From Rhizophagus irregularis (lineage: Eukaryota), in assembly GCF_026210795.1 (NCBI RefSeq), contig NC_089434.1, forward strand, positions 2,356,001 through 2,420,000: DNA of 64,000 bases, read 5' to 3'. The stretch's first letter is position 1, and each line of letters starts with the position of its first letter. A model generated the notes under the pieces. The model saw only the letters and a list, made by a program, of their open reading frames with translations. It was not told the DNA's origin and did not search any database. The position numbers were made by a program, and so were the translations under genes. This document shows, piece by piece, positions 1-14,042 of the stretch.

Positions 1-566
1 AGTAAAAATAAAAAAAATAAAAATAAAAAAAATGAACTTACCATAGTTCATTCTTTTAAATCCTGGCCGTTCCTTTATCTCACGTCCAGGTTTCCTAAAA
101 AAAAAGGGAACATTAATTACGTTCCCTTAAATAAAAAATAAAAAAAAAACTTAAAAAAAAGGAATGAACTTACCATAGTTCGTTCATTTTTTTTAAATCC
201 TGGTCGTATCATTAGGCTTCGTTCATCCAAGCTTCCTACTAAAAAAGAAGGGAACTGTTAATTACGTTCCCTCAAGTAAAAATAATAACAAAAAAAGAAA
301 TGAACTTACCTAGTTCGTGCTTTTAAATCTTGGTCGTCCAGCTTCGTCCGTTCGTCCAGAAAAAGGTTTTTTTTAAAAAAATTTGATTCAAATCTGTTCA
401 AATCGAATCAGATTTTCTTGTGTTATGATCTGATCCAATCTGAAATTGATTGGATCAGATTTTTTTACTGATCTGATTTACGGATTAAAATTTTGAAAAC
501 CGAACTGAATCTGGCTCAGATCAAATCTGCGGATCCAGATCAAATCAGATTTTTTTTGAAGCACTA
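1..566 (-). mobile_element. End of a non-autonomous hAT-like element, with minus-strand micro-exon/intron units at 1-360
   Basis: The minus strand begins TAGTGCTTC, a hAT-like terminus, followed by GATCT/GATCC subterminal repeats. Repeated GAACTTACC (minus-strand GGTAAGTTC donor) occurs at about 35, 167 and 303. The other end lies outside the window. Confidence 0.5.
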
Positions 567-619
567 CTTAACGCATCTACTATAACGTATAATGTAATAA
601 TATAACTCTAAGGAGAGGA

Positions 620-1468
620 TAAGTTTGCATCTTACTAATGAGTCTTTTTCATTTTTTTATGATCACTACATAACGAGTTATCTTAATTTTACATTTTTTT
701 AAAATTTTAAACGTTAAAAAATAAAAATTCTGATCTAAGATATAACCTATCTTTTACTGATTGCATTAGAATAATCTTTAGCTTATTAGAACTGTCTCAA
801 TGAGACAAGTTGAATGATAGTAAGATCATATCTCTAGCATTGATATATCACGAGATAAATCATGCTAAGCAAATTTAGAAAATCAGCATTAGAAGGTATC
901 TATTGATACTAGAAATATAATCTTACCATCATTCAACTCGTTTTATTAAGATTTGAGATAGTTCTAATGAGCTAAAAATCGTTTTAATGCAATCAGTAAA
1001 AGATAGGTTATATCTTAGATTAGAATTTTTATTTTTTGACATTCAAAATTTAAAAAAATGTGAAAATTAAGATAACTCGTTATGTAGTAATTATAAAAAA
1101 ATAAAAAGGACTCATTAGATTCGTTTCATTAAGACCTATCAAATAATGCTAAAATCATTTCTCTAGGATCAATAAATACAATTCTAGCATTAATTTCTTA
1201 AAAAATGTTTAGTGTTGATTACTTCGTGATATATCAAGGCTAAAGAAATGATCTTACCACCATTTGACGCATCTTGATGAAATGATTCTAATGAGCTATT
1301 GCTCGTCTTTATATGATTACTAGTTGCTGAGTTATTACAATTTTGCATTTATTTTAAAAATCAGATAGAACTGAATTGAACTGAACAGTTCTGGTTCAGT
1401 TTTCATTTAGTTTCAATTCCTACCTAAACTGAAAAAACCTGCACTAAACTGACCCATTTAGAGCTTTA
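620..1468. mobile_element. Decayed copy of the palindromic hAT MITE at 33673-34837
   Basis: Shares GATCATATCTCTAGCATTGATA-type units, GAACTGAACTGAA repeats and the terminal GAGCTTTA, with many C>T/G>A changes. Confidence 0.7.
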
Positions 1469-1469
1469 A

Positions 1470-2120
1470 ACCATTTTTTAGTAAAAAAAACAAAAAAAAA
1501 TTTTTAATGAAAAAACATCGAATCTGACATTTTTTTATTAAAAGAAACAAAAAAAATTTTTTTAATGAAAAAATATCAAATCTGACGTTTTTCATTAAAA
1601 GAAACAAAAAAAATTTTTTTAATGAAAAAATATCAAATCTGACGTTTTTCATTAAAAGAAACAAAAAAAAAAGTTTTTAATAAAAAAATGTTGAACCTAA
1701 TGTTTTTCATTAAAAGAAATAAAAAAAAAAGTTTTTTAATGAAAAAATGCCGAATCTAACATTTTTTATTAAAAACACAATTTAATAAAAAAAATGACAT
1801 TTTTTCATTAAAAGATAATAAAAAAATGTTGAATCTGTGCTGTTTTTTTACATTAAAAGAAACGTAAAATAATATTTTTTTATTAAATAAAATGAAAAAT
1901 GTTTTTTTTTTAAAACATTAATAGGTTGGCTACGATCTCTACCTGACCTGATATAAAAAACATTTTGGCATAATATATGATATATAAAAAGTACTAAAAC
2001 GTTCTTTTTTATAAAAAAAAATGTTCAGCATTTTTTCTTATAATTTGATATATAAAAAACACTTAAATGTTTTTTTGACTCAAAATATATCAGGTTAACT
2101 AGATCAGGTGCGTATCGAAC
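1470..2120. repeat. Imperfect ~57 bp A/T tandem repeat (AATGAAAAAA..AAATCTGACGTTTTTCATT) within a MITE-like repeat; related sequence at 35545-35610 and 40398-40930
   Basis: Direct tandem units are visible; the 1458-1664 ORF is just the translated repeat. Confidence 0.7.
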
Positions 2121-3589
2121 TAATTCGTAATATTTAGATCAATAAGGTCATCAAATGGCTGACTCACCTCGCCAATGCGAGCCAATTACTTCGATCTAAT
2201 CGACCCATTCAAAGCTTTCTAACTTCGAAAGATTAGAATATATTTCTTCTGAAATTTACAATTTTTTTTAATTCTTCTTTAAATTCATCTATATCTTGTT
2301 CTAATTTTACAACTCTAGCTCTAAATTCAGTATTTTTGATAATAATATTTGTCCTGTTTTTCTTTAATTCTTTAATTTTAACCTTAAATTTAACTTTTAT
2401 ATTATTATGTCTGATACATTTATTTATAACATTTACTTGAAGATAAATATATCCTTAATAATAGCTTTATCAGCCTTATTTTTAGTTTCAAGTTCAGCAA
2501 TATACTGTTTCAATACTTTATGTTTGAATGGGTTAGCTTTATTAATTGATATGATTAATAATAGATAATTTATATAATTATAAAGGAATTATTTAATATT
2601 ATATGGCAAATATAAAGACTTACTTTATTAATACATAAAAAAAATAATACAAAAGTTTGGGATGTAACAAAGAAAAAGAATCATAAGAAATATTTTTAAT
2701 AAATATGAAAATTTATATTGTACTAAAAATAAATCTAACTAATAAAGTTATTCTTGATAGTTAATTACCCCTGCATTACTATTTACAATTACATGATTAA
2801 TTGTGATATTTTAGCATACAATCACATAATAGTAAAAATTTTATAAATATAATAAATATTAAGTTATTGGATTATTACTTAGTAAAAAATGGTAATTGGA
2901 CAATTGGACATTTTGGACATTTGTCTAAAACCTGTCCAAAACTTGTAAACTTGTCCAAAACAAAACCTTTTTTCATTGGACAGGTTTTGGACAGGTCACA
3001 TGACAAAAAATTAATTTTGGCCAGAATTATGACTAATTTTAGCTAATAATTTAATTTTAGTTCAATTAATAAATTGATTTTTTTACATTAATTTTTTATC
3101 ATTTAATTTATTAAATATTTACTTTTTTATTATATTTCTATTTTATTTTTAGTTTCAGTTGATGAATATTAGAACTCTTGAACAGTCCAAAACTATGTCC
3201 AAAATTGTCCAATTAAAAAACCAATTGGACAAGTCCAAAACCCAAAAATGCCCCCGGGTATTGGGTATTTACAAATTCATAAAAGTTTATGAAACAAATA
3301 ATTATTTTTGAAATAAATTAAAGTGAATTAAATATATCAGCTTGCCTTTTTATGTTTGACCTTTTATCATTTCTGACGTGATAAGCTCCGGAATTCGTAA
3401 CTAAAAAAGATTGTTCATCAAACAAAAAACGATTACTTTAAAAGGTATTTCGATAAAAATATGCGAGTTACGCGTGTATTCGCTTAGTAATACAAATTTC
3501 CGATTTACCTCCTTGTGTGACTAACATGGCCTGCATATATTGAAGAAGGTAATACAGTCTTTGTGGTATCTTCCGTAATATTTGTAATT

Positions 3590-5989
3590 ATGGGTCCAAA
3601 GAATGGAAATGCTTCTAATAGCAATATAGATTATGAAGATTCTGACGATCACGATATTTCTGATAATATAGATTTAAACAATGTCAAACTCAATACATTA
3701 TCTGCGAATGAGCAAGAAAAAGAAGGTATTACATATACATTTGTACGTTGTAGGATATGTATTCCATTATTCTAATTATTTTTGGTTTTTCTAATGTTAG
3801 ATGAGAGAATGTGGCAAGGGGTATGAAACTTTGATGAATCCAATGTCCAAAAAATTTCTTGTCATCTTTGATCCGATCCTGTTTAATATTCTATTCTATA
3901 GGTTCAAGCTTTTTTTTGCAATCGGTATACAGAAGCGCAGGAAATTTTTGCAGAAAAAGCAGATATTGATCCTTTATATGCCCTAGGTCAAGGGTGTATA
4001 TCATTTCTAAAAGGTAAGTTGATTAACCTAGTTATCATTACATTTATTAGTATTGTTTTTTAACATTTATTTCTTTATTTAGCGGTAACAACTTTTAACG
4101 AGCAGGATATTTCTATTGCAATTAAACAACTTGTTTCTGCAGAATCCTTAGCTAGCGCACAGATAGGAGCCTTTAAATCGCAATCAAGTATAGGATCAAG
4201 TTTCGGAAAGTTTATATCCAATTTAAATTACTTTGGAAATAGTAACAAGAATCAACAATTTATGTCAAATGGACAATTAAGAAGTACTGTTATTAAGGCT
4301 GAATCATTATTGTTGATAGCTCTTATTCAATTACTCCAAGAAAGTATTATTAGTTATGTAAAAGCAGGGTTGAACTTAAGACGAGGTAAATTAAATTATT
4401 TCTTATTTATTTATTTATTCTCTTTATTCATTGAATTTATACTACTAGGTTATAAAAACTACGAAATTGTGTGGAATGAAATTAATAAACCTGGCTTCAA
4501 TGTATCCGTGGATTATCATACTAAAGGGGGTGTAGAGTTTGGGTCGGTAATTTTTTGATGTAATTATGTTTTTATGTTGGCCAGATCTTTTTATATTTAT
4601 TAACATAATTTTGTTTATAATCTTTAGTTATGGAACATGTAATCTTGTACTTTCATTTATGCCTGGAAAAATTATAAAAATTATATCTGCTATAGGTTAT
4701 AGGGGGAATAAAGAATTAGGTATAGAATTACTAAACGCATCTTTAAAAGGAAGAGGGATAAGGTCGCCATTGGCATCTCTCTTGTAAGTTGTTGATACAT
4801 AAATTTCTATATTGCTACTTGACTTGTATGTTATTAATGTTCTTATGGACTGCAGATTTGTGACATCTTATACAATGCTGACTTCTTTTTCACCATCTAC
4901 TTTGGGCCCAGATAATGTATTTAATCCATATAAATATGTGGCATGAAATTTCATATTTATAATTAAGGTTTAATTCTTAAAATTGTTATACGTTTAGATA
5001 CCGAAAGCTGAAGAATATATTCAAGATGCTTTGAAACAATTTCCCGGATCTGATTTTTTTACTTTTTTCGCCGGCCGTAATCTCCGGCTCAAACGTGATT
5101 TGGATGCGTCTACCGAAGCATTCATATCAGTAAATCACAACCTAAAAGAAGGTTTTGGTGTCGAACTGAGACGTTTATGTGACTATGAATTGGGAATGAA
5201 CTACGCGATGACTTTACAATGGGGAAAAGCTGCACAATGTTTTGACACGCTTGCAACAGAGAACTATTGGAGTCCCGCGTTTTTCCGTTATTTTCAAGCA
5301 GCTTGTCTAGAAATGCAGGGGAAAAAGAAGGAAGCGATAGCTTTATACATAGAAGTTCCAGGTTTATCTGTTCGAAAATTTGGTGGTCGTACTATTCTAG
5401 TAGAACAGTATATTACACGTAAAGTAAAAAATTATATGGCGAAAAATTTTGAAAATACATTATTACCGGGTTTGGAGATTTTACTTATATGGAATAGTTT
5501 TGCATGTATGAAGAAAGAAGATTTGATCCGTTGTTTAGATATTGTTAATTCAAAATTGGACACTTTAAACAATAGCAATATAATTGATTCACAATGTATG
5601 CTTCTTCTTATCAAAAGTTCTATATTGAACCAGCTTCATCGATTTCAAGAAACGAATCAATGTCTCAGATGGATACTTGATCATAATGGTGACATAGTTG
5701 ATGATAAATTTATTGAACCATTCGCATTCTGGGAAATGGGAGTTGCCGCTTTTTTAAACGAAAATCTAGAAAAGGCTAAATTAGTATGGGAAGAGACTGC
5801 TAATTTTAATGGATATGAATTTGAATTTAGGTAATATGTAAAAAAAAACAAAAACAAAAAAAAAATTTCAAGCAAATTTTGTTTAACCATTCTTTTTATT
5901 ACAGGCTTGCAATGCGATTACATTTGTCATTAATGAAATTAAATGACATGCTTCCTGATAAAAAGAAAAAATCAAGAACTTTTATATAA
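3590..5989 (+). CDS. TTC39/IML2-family tetratricopeptide-repeat protein, about 9 exons (approx. 3590-3725, 3801-3820, 3902-4013, 4083-4385, 4449-4541, 4628-4783, 4856-4916, 4998-5830, 5904-5989)
   Basis: GT-AG introns join ORF pieces with family-typical motifs: SYVKAGLNLRRGY, GGVEFG..G.CNLVLSFMP.KIIKII.AIGY.G.KELG, C.YELG, YWS.AFF.Y, PFA.WEMG, GYEFE.RL.MRLH. Confidence 0.88.
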
Positions 5990-8180
5990 TTAGTTAACTT
6001 TATTAATTTGAACTAATCTTCGAGAGTATACCTTTATATAATATTATTAATTATTTTGTGCAAACATTTTACTGTAAGAACAATAGACAATGTTCGTAGA
6101 ATAAATTTTTTAGACATTTCCTAGCAACAATGTTTCCACATCCCACGTCATTGCCGCTGCTACAAAGTAATTCTTTTACCTTACTAGAAAAATTTCCTCC
6201 ACTCGCGTATCTTTCAAAATAATCTTATAATTGTAATCTATTCACTTCTTAGTCATTTGGTAACGGATATTCACTATTCTTTACATTAATAAATTTTCCT
6301 CTATAGAAAATGCGAGATCAGCCTCGCTCGAAGCAATTCAAATGTTGCTAAAAAGTATAAATTACCATATAGACATACAGTACTTACGAATTTACTAATG
6401 GGTAGTGCAATAAGTTGATTATATGTATATAGCAAAAATTTCATTGAGAAAAATCAGTTTAAGTATTAATTAGAAAAATTAGAAATTGATATATTATGGT
6501 TATTCTGTTAAAATCATGTTAATAGACTGACATTTTTCAATTATATAGGTTATGAATTAATCTTTTACTACAATTTTTAATTATACTTAATACTTTTATT
6601 ATAAAATTTTAATAATATTAACTAACTATTACTATGGCTTTGCTTAAATATAATAATCTAATTATTGGCATGTTTTTTGTACATTCTCTGGTAAAAGGTC
6701 TCTAAAAATTAAAAAATAACAAATAAAAAGTCAGATTCTTAATAATAAAATTACAAATTTAAAGTTTAAGTACAAAACATTATTTAGAAATATTTTTTTA
6801 TTTAATTAATTTTGCAGATATGTTTAATTTTTAAAATGGAACTTTTTAATCAAAGTAGTTATAGCAAAATAAATGCCAAAAGTCAACTTTTTTAACTAAA
6901 ATTGCTTGCTAAAATTAGTATAAATAGTAAAAAGATAAAATTAAAGTTTTAAATCTAATCTAATAGGATAAATAACCTGATAGATGACTTAAATATTTAG
7001 ATTAAATTAGTTATCTGATTAGAAATTTAAACTAGATATACAGTTAAACCTTTATATATTAATACAGTTTTTTTTTAAAAAAAATATTATTATATTAAAA
7101 ATATCAGTATATATTTGTTAGCAAATTATAATATAGGCCAAAATTTAATTTTTACCAGCATTATAATTAACTTTTTGAACAATTAACTAAGCCAAAATTA
7201 TGATATTATATTTCTATATTTAATTTTACAAAAAAATTTAAGATTCTTAATATACACTAGTATGCAAAATATGTATCACATAACTATAATTTGTTATCCA
7301 TGTTACATCCCTATAGTTTTCTATTTTTACTATTTATTCTAAAAACAGAATTTTTTTCAGAAGGAAAAATCTTATTTGTTACATATTATATATCATCCCA
7401 ATAATTTTAGCCAAATTTATAATTTCAGCCAAAAATTACTGTAATTTCCAATTTTGGAAATTAAAGTACTATCAAAACTGAAACTTGGTAAAATTATTTC
7501 TGAAATTTTTTTATTTTCCAAAATTGGTAAAGTTAATTTGAAACTGGTAAAACTAATTTGAAACTGGTAAAACTAATCCAAAACTGATAAAACTTAATCT
7601 GAAACTGATAATTAATCTAAAATTAATAAAACTAATTAAATTAATAAAAAAAATTTAAAATTAGTAAAAATTAATTATTGTAATAAAAAACGTTGCAAAA
7701 TGTTTTTTATAATGAAAAACTGTTGCAAATAGTTTTTATTTTTTAATTTAAAAAAAAGAAAAAATGTACGTTATACTAGGGATACCAGTATCCTACCCAA
7801 AACACATGATTTGTACACTAATATCGTGACACAAAATCATTGTACGCTACTATAATTTAAACTTTTTGATTTATAATACATACAATAAACTCTTTTTATA
7901 CTTTTTATACTTGAACGAAACTTTTTTTATGTAAAAACTACTTTTCTTTTTATTTAAAATGTGAACTTTCTGACAAATACTCTTTCTTATTTAATAAATA
8001 TTTCACTTAAACACAATTTTATGAACTTTTTCCGCACATGAAAATTTCACTTAAACACAATTTTATGAACTTTCCCTGAACACGAAAAATTTCACTTAAA
8101 CACAATTTATGAACAACTTTTCCCGAATGTAAAATTTAATAATCTTTATACGCGATGAGTAAGAGTTGCGTTTGCTATAG

Positions 8181-8331
8181 AATTACTTAGGGTTAGGGTT
8201 AGATTAGGTGCGTTGGTTAGGGAATTACTTAGGGTTAGAGTTAAGTTAGGTGCGTTAGTTAGGGAATTACTTAGGGTTAGAGTTAGGTTAGGTGCGTTGG
8301 TTAGGGAATTACTTAGGGTTAGGGTTAGGTA
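8181..8331 (+). repeat. 42 bp tandem repeat containing telomere-like TTAGGG/TTAGG motifs
   Basis: GGAATTACTTAGGGTTAGAGTTAGGTTAGGTGCGTTGGTTAG in about 3.5 copies. Confidence 0.85.
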
Positions 8332-8380
8332 TATTTGCTAGAGGATTGTTTACTAATTATTTACACTTTGATTTTTTTAG

Positions 8381-8995
8381 ATGATTAAAGAGATCAACGA
8401 TCTTGATTTTGAAAATTCATCAGTTGATTTACCACTTAAAGATGAGATCAATTTATCTAAATGTAATGGTTTTGAAGATGATGATGAAGTTGAAGATAGA
8501 ATTGTATAGTGGACAAACTTTTACTTCATTTGACGTACTTGAGCAATTTTTAAAACGATATGCAACTCAAATAGAATTTGAAACAAAAATCGTTCGTGTT
8601 GAAAAAAAAGATGATGTATATGCTCAAAAAACTTACAAATGTCGTCATGGAGGCAAGTATGAACCTAAAAAAAGGCTTGATCCTACAGAAAATTGAGAGC
8701 GAGAATCAGCTTGTATAGAATGTGGTTTTTTGTTAAATGCTTCATATCGAAAATGTTCAAATTTAGTTTTTATTAACAAATTTGTTGAAGAATATAATCA
8801 TACGTTAAATAGTCAAGAATTACTTCATCAATTTGCTCTATCTTTGCGTAAAATACCTGTTAATGTAAAAGAAGAGATTCATTTTTTAGTTCAAGATTGC
8901 CAGTTAGGTGCTACAGTTTTAAAACGAATTTTAAGAAAGAAATTTTCAGATCAAGAAATTTATCATCAAGATCTTTATAATTAAATACACAAATT
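8381..8995 (+). pseudogene. FAR1/MULE transposase N-terminal (WRKY-like) fragment
   Basis: GQTFTSFD....FL..YA...F.....TYKC.HGG.Y....R.R.S....C.F.LNA......INKF...YNH.L; has an in-frame stop and frameshift and is truncated before the DDE core. Confidence 0.8.
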
Positions 8996-10833
8996 CATTT
9001 TAATCAAGAAAATTTAATGGTTGAATCGAACATATAATTAGTACAATCTAAAAATTTACGTTTCATTGTTTTTTCATTTCGTTCGCTTAATTAAGGCGCT
9101 TTACAAACTCATTTTAACTTTCGACAAAAGTCTAAACTTTAATTAGTAATAGTTTAAACTATGACAAAAGGTTTCGACAATAGCTAAATGTCTAAACTAT
9201 GTCTAAACTTTCTAATTAATAAAATTTAAAATAAATAATTATTAATACATTATTATATATATTTAAATAAATTTTTTACGAATAAATATTATATAATTAT
9301 TAATAAATATAATTGGACTTCCATATAATAATATTTTATATAGTTACATCATATAAAATTTCTCCTTATAATCATACTTTTGGGAAAATCCAATTTATAT
9401 ACTTATTATATAAAAAAACCTTTATATAATTACATCATAGTAAAAGCGAGCCTCTATATAGTTACCAATTTTTATAGAACTGATTAGATAACTATATAAA
9501 GATCTGACTGTACTAATAATAATATATAAAAAGTAAAATTATAAAACTGGTTATTAATTAAACTTACAATATATTTTAATATATATAATGATTTAAATAA
9601 TTAATATAATATATATTAAATTTTATAATTGCAAAACTGGTTAAATTTATATTTAATTATATAATTTATTATAATAAATGGTAAACTTTATTAATTACTA
9701 TGTAAAAATATATCTAAACCTTTTACAGTTTTACCAGTTTCGTCAGTTTCGCAGTTTCGCAAATTTTTAATTTTTTAATAAAATGTTTAAACTAGTTTCA
9801 ATTTTAACAATTGTCTGAACTACTTAGTTTCGCCCAGCAATCTTAGTTGCTTTATCAATTTGCGTTTTTATTCTTAATTAATATTTATTTAAAAAGTTTG
9901 TAAATAAAAAGTGAATTTTTAAATCAGAATTTGAATATTTTAAAAATCAGAGTTTAAATTTGGGAAGGATACTGGTATCTCCTGGTATGAAATAAAAATT
10001 TTCTAAAAAAAAACCTATTTCATACTAACAGTTTTTATTAATTAGTTATTATAATAAAAAATGTTGTGAAATGTTTTTTATTATTTTATTTAACAAAAAC
10101 TATTAAAACAGTTTTTTTTCTTTAAATTTAAAGAAAATCATTTTGCAACAGTTTTTTATTATTGAGAGAAAACTGTTTTTAGTAATAGTTTTAATTAATA
10201 AAAAATGTTGAGAAATACTTTTTATTATATATTTTTTATTTTTATGATAAAAATGCTTACTAATAGTTTTTTTTTAAAATCTGCGTGAGTTTCAAACTAG
10301 TTTTAAAAGTTTTGGATTAGTTTCAAATGTTTTGGATTAGTTTAAAAGTTTTGGATTAATTTCAGAATAGTTTTAGGAATTTCAGAAACTGAAAAATAGT
10401 TTAATGCATCTTAAAGAATAACTTTTAGGAAAAAAATTTATAAATTCTTTGCATAAAGATTCATAATTTTTTTCATTTATTTCTTTTATACAGACAGCAT
10501 TTTTAGTTTAAAATTTAATTAAGTTTAAAAGCTGAAAAATATTTGAATACTACAAGGTTAAAGAACTGTATAGAAACATTAACCCTGTTCATTTCTGTTT
10601 TGTTCTGATCTGATTCGATTTTCACAAAATTTTTTTTGGCCAATCAAAAAACAGCGTAAATTGAGCAGAAAAATCCATATTATGATCTATTCCATTCTGT
10701 TCTAATTTTTTCTTTTTATAATTATGTCTAAAAAGAATATTTATTATTAATAATACAGAATTTAAATGATTCTTTTAACTCTTTTAATGATGATAAATTA
10801 AATAATAATAAAGATTTAATAAAAGAAGTACTT

Positions 10834-13800
10834 CATCAGGAAGTCACGGAAAAAATATTCATCACATGTACATTTTTGTAGATCATGTATATTATAATAT
10901 TCATTATTTTAAATGAATATGTAATATTTAACGTTAATGAACTTCATCAATGAGATTTTCATTATGATGTGCAACATTTAATAATGAAAATTCAATGTTT
11001 ATCAAATGGTATTGAGTGAATAAATTTATACATATTTGAAAATTTTATATCAGCCCCTATTTATTATTATATCATGTGATATAATTTTAAATAGACTGGC
11101 AACATGATTTTTTTTTAAACTTAAAGAAACTTTTTTTTTTATTCTTCTTATCCTTTTATTTTCCCTTTCCCGCCCTTTCTTTTCTCATGTTTCCCCTCTA
11201 TAAAATTCTTAACGAATCATTTAAATTATTTGACCTAAATTTGTAATGATCTACTATTTGATCCATATTTAACTTGGTCGAATATTAAACATAAATTTAA
11301 ACTTTTACTTTTTTTAGACTCCTTTATTCCCTTCCATTTCGTCCTTCACTTTCCCTTTCGTTCTCCCTTTCCTTTGGCTTCTACCTTTTTTCTCACACCT
11401 TTCTTTTGCTTCATTTTGTTGACAATACTGTAAGTTTTTTTTTGAAACTTACATATTTTTTTTTAATTTAAGAAACGAACTAACGTTTCTCTTCATATTT
11501 TTTTTTGTAAGATGCGTAGAAGGTAAAAAGTTTGAATTCATAATGCCTATAAAGTAATAAAATAAAATTAATAATTCTGATTGGTTACTAATTACTACGG
11601 TTTCATGTTGGTCATATGACTTACCGATATTCTGATTTACCGATCCTGATCAGATCAACTTTTTATATAAAAAAAAAAATTTTTTTCTTTTAACAATTTT
11701 TTTTTAAATAATAATTTATTCTTTATTATTAAAAGAATGGCGGAAATATAAGTTAAGGGTGGATACTTGTTTTTTTTAATTTGGGAACATTACTAATGTT
11801 CCCTTTCTTTTTTTTCTTTAAGAACATTCTTCTAGACATGAATTCCATCGAAATGAAGCAAGAACAGCCTTTCCTTGGAGTTATACAGTAAGTAGTTTAA
11901 TACAGTTTACCTTTCCTATAGCGAATTTTTATATAACGAATCACGTGACGCTTAGCCAATAAAATATGTTAATTTTCTCTCGCTATAACAAAGTAACCAA
12001 TCAAATTCTTCAAATTCTTCGTTAACTTGCTATAATGAATTTGAGGTGCAGAACAGCCAGTTTCTTCGCTATATCAAGAATAGACTGTATACGGTTATGA
12101 ATTGCGTTACAGAATAACACCAACGCATTTTTTTTATTTTTTAGTTTTTCGGCCTTTCCTTGGAGTTATACAATAAGTAGTGTAATGTATGGACAGTATG
12201 GTTATGAAATTGCGTTATGGAATAACACTGACACAATTTTGTTTTATTTTTTAGTTCTTCGGCCTTTTCTCAGTAGGTAGTGTAATGTATGAATAGTATG
12301 GTTATAAAATTGCGTTATGGAACCCCACTAACGCATTTTTTTTATTTTTCAGATTTCCAGCTAGTGGATGAATTAACCTTAACTCTCTCACGGGGATTTT
12401 TTGGATGTAAATTCAGATCACCTTCACCTTTCTTATAATCAGCAAGAATTGCTGCACATGGGTTGGTATAGTTTGGAAAGTGTGTGGTTGTATAATGGCA
12501 TTTAAAACAATACTAATGCCAATTTTCTTTTATTTTTTTAGGTTTCTGGTTATGGAATATGCGGTAGGTGTTGTTTGGTGAGTGTGTGGCTGTGTAATGG
12601 CATTATAAAACATCATTAACACCATCTTTCTCTTTTTTTAGGTAAAGCTCAAGCCCAGCTCGAGTCAGCTCTTGAATACAAAACTGGACTTTAGGTAAGA
12701 AATGGAAAAAAAGTGAATTTTTTGTTATTTTAAATATGAGAAACGAACTAACATTTCTTTTGTTATTTTTTTTTGTAGAATTCATACTAGAAAGACACCG
12801 GCTTAAATACGAAACCGGACTTTAAGGTAAAAAACTGGGAAAGGGATGAAGGAAGGGACTTTGCAAAGAAGAACTAAGATTCATAAGAATCTTAGTTTTA
12901 TTTATTTATTTTTTATTATTTTGGAACGGTTACTAATAACCGTTCTTTTCTTTTTAGATTTTAGGTGGACTTTCTATTTTCGGATAAAGTGGAACCAAGA
13001 TTCATAAATACGTACAAATCTTGGTTTTTTATTTTTATTTTTTATTATTATGAACAGTTACTAACCGTTCTTTTTCTTTTATTTTTTATAGGTACAGGTG
13101 GTCTTCCGAAGAACATAAAATAATAAACTGAGGTTCGTAAGTATTTTACTACAAACTTTAGATTTTTTTTAATATTACGAACAGTTTATTAACTGTTCTT
13201 TCTTTTTTTTTTTAGAGGATCGGGTGGATTTCTGAAAATCGGAAAAAGGAGAACTAAGGTTCGTAAGTATTATATTACGAACCTTAGATTTATTTTTTTA
13301 ATACTATGAACGGTTCTAACTGTTCTTTTTATTTTATTTTTTAGGTTTCGGGTGGGCCTCCAATTTTCAGATAAAGTGGAACCAAGATTCGTGAGTACGA
13401 ATCTTGGTTTGTTTGTTGTTTTTTTAATATTATAGAACGGTTACTAACTGTTCTTTTTCTTTTTTTTAGGTTTCGGATGAATTTCTGAAAAATGAAACAA
13501 GAAGATCAAGATTTGTAAGTATATACAAATCTTAACGGAATGGATTAGTAAGTTTCAAAGTTTTACTTCGAAACTTTTTTTAAAATTTTTTTTTAAATTA
13601 ATTTTTTTATTAATACTTTTTTTATCTTTTTATTGTTAGGTTGTACTTCTTGGACAAGTTTCGAAGAATAACTTCAAACCTTTTTTTGTAAGTCCTGGAG
13701 TATTTAGTTAATTAATATAAAGATTGTAAGTTTCGTTGCAAAGCCTACTGTCTTTTTTTTCATTTTCTTTAACAGTTGTTACTTTTAATAATAGAAAAAT

Positions 13801-14042
13801 TTAGCTAATATTATTGTTATAGTGTATTTAATAAAATAAATTCAATAATATTATAAATTTAATATGATGTTTATTATCTTTAAATAATGTACATCATTAA
13901 TGGACATTAAAATTAGGTGATGCACATCAAATATTGTGACATCGGTAGTACATTGCAGGGTCCGATGTTCAGCGTTTCTTTATGATATACATTAAGTGAC
14001 TGATGTACATTTGATGAACATTTTTTCTGTGACTTCCTGATG
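10834..14042 (+). mobile_element. Non-autonomous TIR element (CATC-ended, CMC-like) carrying a micro-exon/intron array
   Basis: TIR CATCAGGAAGTCACGGAAAAAAT / ATTTTTTCTGTGACTTCCTGATG, with TT on both flanks. Confidence 0.8.
11903..12087. mobile_element. Tc1/mariner-type MITE (~185 bp); second copy at 46888-47068
   Basis: CAGTTTACC...TAGACTG termini flanked by TA; near-identical second copy in an unrelated context. Confidence 0.85.

Larger units (their letters stand above)
7758..10003 (+). mobile_element. Internally deleted Mutator (MULE) element
   Basis: About 44 bp imperfect TIRs (ATACTAGGGATACCAGTATCCTACCCAAA / TTTGGGAAGGATACTGGTATCTCCTGGTAT), G...C termini and a candidate 9 bp TSD TAAAAAAAA on both sides; encloses a FAR1-like fragment. 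Confidence 0.75.

Noticed and set aside
8181..8331. True telomere
   Set aside because: Short, interstitial, interrupted and inside a TIR element.
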